Positions 8,744-16,747 of a stretch of DNA of 64,000 nucleotides are shown piece by piece. Made by a program: the position numbers and the translations under genes. This DNA is from a bacterium (lineage in GTDB: Bacteria > DUMJ01): contig JBMFOH010000001.1 in NCBI GenBank assembly GCA_049969715.1, positions 4,232-68,231 of the forward strand, read 5' to 3'. The notes beneath the pieces were generated by a model. It made no database searches, was not told the origin of the DNA, and was given only the letters and a program-made list of their open reading frames with translations. Position 1 is the first letter of the stretch, and each line of letters opens with the position of its first letter.

Positions 8744-10521
8744 AGCTCAAGATTCACTCCCTGCAAGAATAGAACAATAGCGATACCTACTAATATACCT
8801 ATTCCAGTTACCAAAAAGATAATTAGGGTTCTTCCTGCTCCAAGTTGTTGAGTAACTTTAACATTTATTAGAAACAATCCTATACTCCATAGGATAAGTC
8901 CCCTCTGTATATAGTCGTAATATATCTTTTCTTGGAATGTTAAGAAATTACTTAGAAGAGCGATAGGAAACGAGAGAATGAGGTATGGAACTACGCACAT
9001 AGCAGTAGTTACCATACATTCCTTCCATGTTCCTAAACCATCAAAGATCTCTCCTACACCGTAGAATGTAGTGCCAGCTATAAACCACAATCCCGAAAAC
9101 ATAAGGAGTCTTCTAAAGAAGATATAATTGATTCCTTCTGTATTTGGCTGGAATATGTAGTTGACATATCTTCTATTCAGTGCGTCTATAAATGCAATAA
9201 CTAGGATGATAAAAACTCCTAATATTATGGACCTATTCTTTGAAAGTTCCAGTGTTTCTACTGGTTTATACAGCATCTTACCTATGATATTCCTGAATAT
9301 ATATAAGATCTTATCTCCCAGTAAGAAGATTACTAGTAAAAGCACTATCCCTAGTATCCCCCAGAGGAATATATATCTATAGAACAGCTCCCTCCTATAC
9401 AGGATTACAGTATTGGAATATCTTGCTTTATCTTGTGCCAATTTGAACTCTTCTAACGCCTTAGAGTATTCCTTCATAGCTAGGTATGTTTCACCAAGCC
9501 CTGAATGGATGAAGTTCATATAGTTATTTAGCCTTAATGCCTCATTCCAGAAGAAGATAGCGCTGTCATAGTCTCCATCTAGTAATGCTTTATTTGCCTT
9601 ATCTATTGTTACCATAAGCCTTGATGGATGGAAGAGTTTTACCTCCCCATCATCATACCCTACAGCTAGGTATCCATCGCTTCTTATTGCTATAGATGTA
9701 GCACTATTTCCGACGGAAAAACGTGTGACAAGAGACCCTCTCTTATCATATTTATAGACTATCCCATTTGATGAATCGAGAACAAATAGATTTTCAAGTT
9801 TATCTGTACCAATGCTTAGTATTCTTACATTTACTAAAGGTCCAATCCTCATAACTTCATAGCCCTGATAGTTTATCTTCTTTATTATAGAGAGGATTGG
9901 TGAGAACCTATCTAATGTAGGCTGAGGGATATTCCCTACAATGTATATATTCCCTAGCGGGTCTATAGAAAGGGAACTAACCATGTTTAAATCTGAGCTT
10001 CCATAATCACTCTTTATAATTGTGCCAACAAATTTCCCCTTAGGCGAGAACACTGAAGCTTCTCCTGTTCCAGCATTTACTATATATAGATAACCCCTCT
10101 CATCTACGGATAGGGTCCTCCTATACGATATATATTCATATGCATTTCCCTCTCCCTCTAAGAGAAATCTAGAGACTACTTTACCTTTTGGATCTATCTT
10201 GGAGACAAGCTTCCCATTAGTTACAGTATAGAGGTTACCCCAAGGGTCTACAGCTATTGTGTCTGCTTCTGATTCCATCTCTCTAACTAGTACTCCACTA
10301 GAAGAGTAGAGTTGTAACTTATTCTCTCTTTTATCTAGGAGGTATAGATTGTTATTATTATCAAATGCAAGGGCACTAACTTCCATAGGAAGTTTTAGTA
10401 GGGGATTCTTGCTAGAGAAGAAACTATCAAGTAAAAAATAATCAGCCTTGGCAATTGTAGATATCGCCAAGATAAACGATAAGGTAAGTAGGGTGATACA
10501 TCCTATCTTATTAAATTTCAT
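8686..10521 (-). CDS. Signal peptide + NHL-type beta-propeller + TPR + C-terminal Yip1-like polytopic membrane domain fusion protein
   Basis: 611 aa. Signal peptide MKFNKIGCITLLTLSFILAISTIAKA. About six repeats of the type A(F/V)D..GNLY(V/L)(L/T)D (e.g. IAVDPWGNLYTV, LSVDERGYLYIVN, LSIDPLGNIYIVG). TPR-like DGDYDSAIFFWNEALRLN...YLAMKEYSKALEEFKLA. Then about 5 TM helices. Confidence 0.5.
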   Translation of the reverse strand: MKFNKIGCITLLTLSFILAISTIAKADYFLLDSFFSSKNPLLKLPMEVSALAFDNNNNLYLLDKRENKLQLYSSSGVLVREMESEADTIAVDPWGNLYTVTNGKLVSKIDPKGKVVSRFLLEGEGNAYEYISYRRTLSVDERGYLYIVNAGTGEASVFSPKGKFVGTIIKSDYGSSDLNMVSSLSIDPLGNIYIVGNIPQPTLDRFSPILSIIKKINYQGYEVMRIGPLVNVRILSIGTDKLENLFVLDSSNGIVYKYDKRGSLVTRFSVGNSATSIAIRSDGYLAVGYDDGEVKLFHPSRLMVTIDKANKALLDGDYDSAIFFWNEALRLNNYMNFIHSGLGETYLAMKEYSKALEEFKLAQDKARYSNTVILYRRELFYRYIFLWGILGIVLLLVIFLLGDKILYIFRNIIGKMLYKPVETLELSKNRSIILGVFIILVIAFIDALNRRYVNYIFQPNTEGINYIFFRRLLMFSGLWFIAGTTFYGVGEIFDGLGTWKECMVTTAMCVVPYLILSFPIALLSNFLTFQEKIYYDYIQRGLILWSIGLFLINVKVTQQLGAGRTLIIFLVTGIGILVGIAIVLFLQGVNLELWSFIKEVYLEIWYRLVGF

Positions 10522-10538
10522 AGTTATAAATTATACTA

Positions 10539-11963
10539 CTATTCGAGTGCTCTTAATAGAGGATAAGCCTCTGGTAAATCTTTTATGTATTCTTTCATTT
10601 CTGAAATCTCTACTATCCCTTTATAGGCAAGTTTTACAGCAAGCTTAAGGGCTTCTATCCCAGCCTTGATTCCATCAGGATGATGATAGATCGATGTTCC
10701 AGCTAGAAACATCCTTCCATCAGCTCCGAAGACCTTTATGTTATACCCGATGTTTTTTGCGCTTAGACCTCCAGCAATAACCAGTGTCATCCCATTGTTC
10801 CCTTCAAGTTCTTCCTCCTTTAATCTCTCTATTATTGAAAACTTTTCCTCATCAGTAGGTCTTATATAACCTCTCAAGGCTGGAAGTTGCATAAATGCTA
10901 CTCCAGAGAGGGCAGCTAACAGATATACTGTTTTAGGGTCCTCACCAAAGGAGTAATTTGGATCACCTGCATATCTATTCATTCCAGCAGTATGCGCATA
11001 TATTGGAACCTTATACTGTTCTCCCATCCTATAGATCTCTTTGATACTTAGGAAATCGCCTGCAAAGTGAGGAGAGAACATCAATGCATTTGCTCCACAA
11101 TCAACTGCTACTTTGGCATACTCTAGGATCTTAAATGGACTTACTGTAATATGAGGTGCAAATATGACCCTCTTTTTCGTTGGACTTGGGCTGAAGGAAA
11201 GGTCAAAACCATTATCTTCTAGACCCTTTACTGTAAGTTTTACATAGGTTTCTAACTCCTTTATAGTAAGATGTAGGTTTTCATCTGACTTAATAAATGA
11301 TGCTCCAGCTAAGGCTGACTCCACTACACTTTTAGCAAAAAGATCAGGGGGAAGCCACTTAGGCTTTACGATAGTACCTATTATCGGTTCCTCTCTATCT
11401 ATATTTAGATACTCTCTAATCCTTCTGTGCGGCCATACCTGTCCTAGAAATCTTTTCTTAAGGGTTTCTGGAAATCTATAGTCTATGACCCTTGCAGTAT
11501 AGTCACTGAATGCATTGAATGGCTCACTGGATGTTGCCATCCTCAATTGAATTAGAGGCGTATCATCTTTATTAAAAAATTCTAATGGTGTAGCAATGGT
11601 TACTATGGCTGCCTCTAAAGATTCCTCATTGTTTGTTCCCAACAGTTTTACTTCTTTTAGCCAAGACATATGACTATCATACTCTGGCGGCTTCTCTCCC
11701 TTTTCTTGCCAGGCTTCTGTTGTCCCATGTATGAGCATCATCTCTATGGCTCTTTCTATCCCGGTAAATTCATTATCCTTCATCCTACTTGCAACATAGT
11801 ACTTTGTTTCTACAGCTTCTCCTCTGTAGGTCCTTTCGCTATTTACCTTCTCTAGGATCCTTGTCTCTATGTCCTTTCTATCTAAAAACTCTCTTCCTAT
11901 GTATGGGTGTTCAGGGACCCTCTTTAAGAGCCTTCCTGTCCCTACAATGTTCTCGCTCTTCAT
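10539..11963 (-). CDS. RuBisCO large-subunit-like protein (form IV RLP)
   Basis: 474 aa. IIGTIVKPKWLP aligns to GTI(V/I)KPKLGL. ASFIKSDENL aligns to DFTKDDENV. IYAHTAGMN aligns to HIHRAMH. IAGGLS and LAGTSIYHHPDG align to the C-terminal phosphate-binding loops. N-domain HGTTEAW aligns to ESSTGTW. Confidence 0.75.
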   Translation of the reverse strand: MKSENIVGTGRLLKRVPEHPYIGREFLDRKDIETRILEKVNSERTYRGEAVETKYYVASRMKDNEFTGIERAIEMMLIHGTTEAWQEKGEKPPEYDSHMSWLKEVKLLGTNNEESLEAAIVTIATPLEFFNKDDTPLIQLRMATSSEPFNAFSDYTARVIDYRFPETLKKRFLGQVWPHRRIREYLNIDREEPIIGTIVKPKWLPPDLFAKSVVESALAGASFIKSDENLHLTIKELETYVKLTVKGLEDNGFDLSFSPSPTKKRVIFAPHITVSPFKILEYAKVAVDCGANALMFSPHFAGDFLSIKEIYRMGEQYKVPIYAHTAGMNRYAGDPNYSFGEDPKTVYLLAALSGVAFMQLPALRGYIRPTDEEKFSIIERLKEEELEGNNGMTLVIAGGLSAKNIGYNIKVFGADGRMFLAGTSIYHHPDGIKAGIEALKLAVKLAYKGIVEISEMKEYIKDLPEAYPLLRALE

Positions 11964-12025
11964 AAATTCCTCCTAGTCTTAATGTAGTTCTCTAGGTAAT
12001 ATTTTATCACAGAAAGGTGGAATGG

Positions 12026-12054
12026 TTGACTCCCAAAACAAATTGTGATAAAAT
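12026..12054 (+). promoter_or_regulatory. Sigma-70-type promoter for the aldo/keto reductase gene
   Basis: TTGACT (12026-12031), 17-nt spacer, TAAAAT (12049-12054), about 55 nt upstream of the ATG. Flanked by the inverted repeat TTTTATCACA / TGTGATAAAA. Confidence 0.4.
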
Positions 12055-12107
12055 GTGCTGAAACGTAGAAAAACGAAATCTTCTATTCCTTATAAAGGAG
12101 GGCTAAT

Positions 12108-13250
12108 ATGCAGTATAGAAAATTTGGTAGTACCGATTTCAAGGTCTCAGCTTTGGGCTTTGGTGCAATGAGACTTCCTATTATAGGAGGAGACGAGTCA
12201 AAGATAGATGAGGCTTTGGCTATTAAAATGATAAGATACGCCATAGATAATGGAGTAAATTATGTGGATACTGCCTATGGGTATCATAGGGGAAACAGTG
12301 AGATTGTCGTAGGAAAGGCTTTAAAAGATGGATATAGAGAAAAGACTAAGTTAGCAACAAAACTCCCAGTTTGGCTTGTAAACGCAAGAGAAGATATGGA
12401 TAGACTCTTAAATGAACAGTTAAGGAAGTTAGATACAGATCATATAGATTTTTATCTCCTCCATGCCCTTAATAAGGACTCCTGGGATAAGGTGTATAAT
12501 CTAGGGGTCCTAGATTGGGCTGAAGGTGTAATAAAAAAGGGACTTATAAGATATATAGGATTCTCATTCCATGATGACCTAGATACATTTAAAAGGATAG
12601 TAGATACCTACAATTGGACATTCTGTCAGATACAGTATAACTATATGGATATCTATACACAGGCTGGACAGGAAGGGTTAAAGTACGCTGCTAATAAGGG
12701 TATAGCGGTAGTAATTATGGAACCACTAAGAGGAGGAAGATTAGCCAATCCTCCAGAAAGGGTCCTAGATGTATTTAATAGTGCCAGTATAAAGAGATCT
12801 CCAGTAGCATGGGCTCTCCTTTGGCTTTGGAATCAGCCAGAGGTTTCTACTGTATTAAGTGGGATGAGCACATTTGAACAGGTAAAAGAGAATGTAGAGA
12901 TTGCATCTCTGTCAGGGATAAATATCTTTAGCGATCAGGAACTCCAACTAATACAAAGGGTGAGGGATACCTATCTTGGTATAAAGGCTATAGATTGTAC
13001 ACAATGTAGCTACTGTATGCCTTGTCCAAATGGGGTAGATATACCTAGAAATTTCGCCCTTTATAACGAAGGAGTTAGATATAATGATTTTGGTGGACCA
13101 AGATGGCAGTATCTAAACGGCCTAAAACCAGAGGAGAGGGCAAGTAGCTGCATAAAGTGTGGAGAGTGTGAGCCAAAGTGCCCTCAGGGTCTTCCTATTA
13201 GAGACCTTTTAGATATGGTAAAATCAAAGTTTGAAGAGGCTACTACATAA
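12108..13250 (+). CDS. Aldo/keto reductase with C-terminal 4Fe-4S ferredoxin-type domain
   Basis: 380 aa. AKR N-terminus FKVSALGFGAMRLP, DTAYGYHRGNSE. C-terminal cysteine clusters CTQCSYCMPCP and CIKCGECEPKCP. Confidence 0.85.
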   Translation: MQYRKFGSTDFKVSALGFGAMRLPIIGGDESKIDEALAIKMIRYAIDNGVNYVDTAYGYHRGNSEIVVGKALKDGYREKTKLATKLPVWLVNAREDMDRLLNEQLRKLDTDHIDFYLLHALNKDSWDKVYNLGVLDWAEGVIKKGLIRYIGFSFHDDLDTFKRIVDTYNWTFCQIQYNYMDIYTQAGQEGLKYAANKGIAVVIMEPLRGGRLANPPERVLDVFNSASIKRSPVAWALLWLWNQPEVSTVLSGMSTFEQVKENVEIASLSGINIFSDQELQLIQRVRDTYLGIKAIDCTQCSYCMPCPNGVDIPRNFALYNEGVRYNDFGGPRWQYLNGLKPEERASSCIKCGECEPKCPQGLPIRDLLDMVKSKFEEATT

Positions 13251-13265
13251 GAAATTTTAGAGATC

Positions 13266-13295
13266 AAGGGCTCCTTTTAGGAGCCCTTTTTATCT
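13266..13295. terminator. Intrinsic terminator between convergent AKR and OsmC genes
   Basis: AAGGGCTCC (13266-13274), loop TTTTA, GGAGCCCTT (13280-13288), then a T-run. Confidence 0.6.
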
Positions 13296-13297
13296 TT

Positions 13298-13696
13298 TTA
13301 TATATTTACTATCTTCCAACTGTAGGTAATCTCACTTGTTTTCCTTAGCATTGCAGATACGCTACAGTATTTCTCCCTTGAGAGATCAATCGCCTTTTTT
13401 ACACTACCCTCATCAAGATTCGTTCCATAAACTACATACTCTAGGTGGATCTTAGTAAAGACCTTTGGATATTCCTGAGCCTTTTCTGCAGTTAGGTTTA
13501 TTTCGAAGTTTTTTACATCTTGTCTCATCTTCTGAAGGATGGATATCACATCCATCCCTGTACAGCCACCTAACGCCATAAGAACTAACTCCATTGGAGC
13601 AGGCCCATTTTCACTATCCATTATGACCTCTGGACTTCCATCAATATGACCTAGAAATTTGAGACCTTCTTTCTGCCAAGATACCTTTGCTTCCAT
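13298..13696 (-). CDS. OsmC/Ohr-family peroxiredoxin-like protein
   Basis: 132 aa. Both conserved cysteines are in the typical context (ALGGCTGMDV and KYCSVSAML). Confidence 0.85.
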   Translation of the reverse strand: MEAKVSWQKEGLKFLGHIDGSPEVIMDSENGPAPMELVLMALGGCTGMDVISILQKMRQDVKNFEINLTAEKAQEYPKVFTKIHLEYVVYGTNLDEGSVKKAIDLSREKYCSVSAMLRKTSEITYSWKIVNI

Positions 13697-13705
13697 CTTA
13701 TCCTC

Positions 13706-14557
13706 CTATACTATAGTTTTCTCAAAGACCAACAGTGTATGCCCCTTAGGATTTTCTATAAATCCTAGGTTTTGTAGTTCCTCTTTATAATGCCACTCCT
13801 TAGGGACTATAACCTCACAGTCTTTGATACCTTCTTTATAACCAAGATTTAATGCATAGCCTATTATCCTCTTTATGGAATCGAAATCACCATAGAGACT
13901 GGTAACTTCTATATCTTCTCTCGACCTTCTTAATATACCAAATCCTTTATAGTTTTGATCTACCAAAACAATTGCCTTATTTATCGCTCTTTCTATAGCT
14001 GTTGAACTTAACCCTTGCCATTCCCAATTCCAGTAGATGCCAATCTTCTTTAGATAAGGGATTGTATCTATACTAGTCCTTGCTATCTCCAATATTATGT
14101 TAATATCCTTAAGAAGTGCTACCATTAATCCCTCTACAGTCTGTTCCGTTGTTTTACTTGTAAAGAGGGCAAACTCTCCTACAAGCTCAAACCCCTTCCT
14201 TCTACATAGATTCTGAGAGGCTATATTTGTTGATGTTATTACATTTCTGGCTATTCTTATCTTCTTCTCTTTTAGTATATCTAAAGAGGTATCAAGAAGG
14301 AATGTTCCTATACCCATCCTTCTATAGTCAGGATGGACTCTTAACCCTTCAAGCCATGCTTCCCAACTACTTAGATAGCCTATATGAGATATCCCTACTA
14401 CCTTAGTATTTAAGACCGCCTTAATAAAGTCACCATTCTCTGATTCTATCCATTCATCAAATATATAGGGTATATAATCTCCCCAATCCCAAGTATCCTT
14501 AGTAAAGGATAGGATCTCTTCTTTATCCTCTGGTTTTACTCTCTCTAGGATAAACAT
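13706..14557 (-). CDS. GNAT-family N-acetyltransferase (two-domain)
   Basis: 283 aa. Acetyl-CoA motif A LRVHPDYRRMGIGTFLL. Confidence 0.7.
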   Translation of the reverse strand: MFILERVKPEDKEEILSFTKDTWDWGDYIPYIFDEWIESENGDFIKAVLNTKVVGISHIGYLSSWEAWLEGLRVHPDYRRMGIGTFLLDTSLDILKEKKIRIARNVITSTNIASQNLCRRKGFELVGEFALFTSKTTEQTVEGLMVALLKDINIILEIARTSIDTIPYLKKIGIYWNWEWQGLSSTAIERAINKAIVLVDQNYKGFGILRRSREDIEVTSLYGDFDSIKRIIGYALNLGYKEGIKDCEVIVPKEWHYKEELQNLGFIENPKGHTLLVFEKTIV

Positions 14558-14643
14558 TGTAAACAGTCCTTTCTTTTATCCACCTTTATAGATATAATTA
14601 TATCAGAAATGAAGATTTCACTTCTACAAGATTGGAGGATATT

Positions 14644-16311
14644 ATGATACAGGTAGAGTTTAGAGGGGCTATTAAGATAGATTTAGAGAAGCCAAGTTCT
14701 GTTAGGGAGATTATAGAAGAGAATCCGAACATCCCTAAAGAACTTTTAGGTAACAGTGATATGCCGATAGCGGTAAGATTAGAGGATAGGATAGAGGATC
14801 TGAACCTAGTTATCGAAGAGGATAAAAAATTAGACCTAATTGGAGTAAAAAATAATTTTGGCAGGAGAATATGGGAGAGAAGTTATATATTTCTTCTCAA
14901 TCTTGCCTGCAAAAAACTATTCCCTGAATTGAATATAGTCGTAGAACACTCCTATCATAAAAGTCTGTATGGAAGGTTTAGGAATTATACCCCAAGATTG
15001 AAAGATATAGAGGATATTGAAGCCAAGATGAAGAAACTGGCAGAGTTAGATATCCCTATTAGAAAAGAGGTGTGGGAGAGGGAGAAGGCACTGAAGTTTT
15101 TTGAGGAGAGGAAAGAAAATGATAAGATGAGGTTATTGAGGAATATCCAATCTGAATATGTAACATTATATCATATAGAGGACTATTATGAATATTCCTA
15201 TCTTCCATTGGCTCCATCTACAGGGTATCTGACAAATTTTGCCCTAAGGTTATATCAACCAGGATTCTTGCTTATTCTTCCCTCTGAGAAGGATATTACA
15301 GAGCTTGCAGAGTTTAAAGAGGTTGTCAGATTATTTCAGGCATTCTATGAGTATAAAACCTGGCTCGAGATCCTTGGGCTTACTAATGTGGCATCCCTCA
15401 ATGATGCTATAGAGAATGGAGAGATATCAGAGATAATAAAGGTAGCTGAGGCATTGCATGAAAAGAAGATTATTAAGATCGCTGATGAGATATGCTCTAA
15501 ACTTCCGGATCTGAGACTGGTCCTTATTGCTGGTCCTTCCTCAGCGGGTAAGACTACATTTAGCAAGAGATTACAGATTCAACTGAAGGTAAATGGGATA
15601 AGACCAGTAGTTATAGAGATGGATGATTATTTTTTATCGCCTAAAATGGTGGCTAGGGATGAGTATGGGAACTATGATTTTGATAGTCCTAAGGCATTAG
15701 ATATTAATCTCCTCAATGAGCATTTGACCCTTCTTATGAATGGCCAAGAGGTTGAGCTTCCAAAGTATAATTTTGGAAAGAAAAGGAGAGAAAAGTCAGG
15801 AAGAACGGTAAAGATAGAGGAGAATAGTATTATTGTGATGGAAGGGATCCATGCCCTTAATCCGGAATTAACCGTAGATATTCCTGGCTATATGAAATAT
15901 CACATATTTGTTAGCGCCTTGACCCATCTAAATCTGGATAATCAGAATAGGGTTCCCACTACCGATGCTAGGCTTATACGCCGTATAGTAAGGGATAGTA
16001 TATTTAGAGCTCATGGAGCTTTAGACTCTATACGCCAATGGCCCTCAGTAAGAAAGGCTGAAGACCTATACATATTTCCAAATCAGGAAAGAGCTGATGT
16101 TATGTTCAACTCAGCATTGGTATACGAATTCTCTGTCCTTAAGACTTTTATAGAACCTATGTTAAAGGCTGTCCCTCCATACTACGAGGAGTATCCAGAG
16201 GCAAAGAGGCTACTAGATATCTTATCTCACTTCCTTCCCCTTTCTCCTACTGAGGTTCCTATGACCTCAATACTTAGAGAATTTATAGGAGGAAGCTCAT
16301 TTGTCTACTGA
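14644..16311 (+). CDS. Uridine-kinase-family nucleoside kinase with N-terminal TGS / ThrRS-N-like region
   Basis: P-loop GPSSAGKTTFSKRL in the C-terminal half, with PRK/Udk-like MEGIHALNPEL. ATG at 14644 follows a GGAGGA RBS. The track ORF starts at 14632 (TTG). Confidence 0.75.
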   Translation: MIQVEFRGAIKIDLEKPSSVREIIEENPNIPKELLGNSDMPIAVRLEDRIEDLNLVIEEDKKLDLIGVKNNFGRRIWERSYIFLLNLACKKLFPELNIVVEHSYHKSLYGRFRNYTPRLKDIEDIEAKMKKLAELDIPIRKEVWEREKALKFFEERKENDKMRLLRNIQSEYVTLYHIEDYYEYSYLPLAPSTGYLTNFALRLYQPGFLLILPSEKDITELAEFKEVVRLFQAFYEYKTWLEILGLTNVASLNDAIENGEISEIIKVAEALHEKKIIKIADEICSKLPDLRLVLIAGPSSAGKTTFSKRLQIQLKVNGIRPVVIEMDDYFLSPKMVARDEYGNYDFDSPKALDINLLNEHLTLLMNGQEVELPKYNFGKKRREKSGRTVKIEENSIIVMEGIHALNPELTVDIPGYMKYHIFVSALTHLNLDNQNRVPTTDARLIRRIVRDSIFRAHGALDSIRQWPSVRKAEDLYIFPNQERADVMFNSALVYEFSVLKTFIEPMLKAVPPYYEEYPEAKRLLDILSHFLPLSPTEVPMTSILREFIGGSSFVY

Positions 16312-16747
16312 TAGCACAGATTGTGTATTCTGTAGGATCATAAGAGGGGAAGAGAAGGCTTACATAGTATTTGAAGATGATTCTTCTATAACCTTTTTAG
16401 ATATACGACCTTTATTCCCTGGGCACTGTCTTGTGGTTCCTAAACAACACTACGAAACCCTGGCTGACCTTCCTGATGACTCTATTGAGAAGATCTTCAA
16501 AAACGCCAAGCTTGTTTCTCAGGCGGTAGAGATTGCTTTAAAGGCAGACGGTTCATTTATAGGTATAAATAATAAGGTGAGCCAGAGTGTGCCTCATCTG
16601 CATATCCATATTATTCCTAGGAAAAGAGGGGATGGATTAAAGGGTTTCTTCTGGCCTAGAACTAGATATAAGGACGAGAAGGAGCTGCTAGAGATTCAGT
16701 CGATGATTAAAGCTAGTATAGAGAAGATGATAAGAGGAAAAATATGA
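16301..16747 (+). CDS. HIT-family (histidine triad) nucleotide hydrolase/transferase
   Basis: 148 aa. CVFCRI zinc-type N-terminus and histidine triad PHLHIHIIP. Overlaps the upstream kinase gene by 11 nt. Confidence 0.9.
   Translation: MSTDSTDCVFCRIIRGEEKAYIVFEDDSSITFLDIRPLFPGHCLVVPKQHYETLADLPDDSIEKIFKNAKLVSQAVEIALKADGSFIGINNKVSQSVPHLHIHIIPRKRGDGLKGFFWPRTRYKDEKELLEIQSMIKASIEKMIRGKI

Noticed and set aside
14576-14584. DnaA-box-like 9-mer TTATCCACC (also TTATCCATC / TTATCCTCA near 38781-38806).
   Set aside because: These are isolated single near-matches in ordinary promoter regions, not clustered. oriC is expected upstream of dnaN, outside the window.
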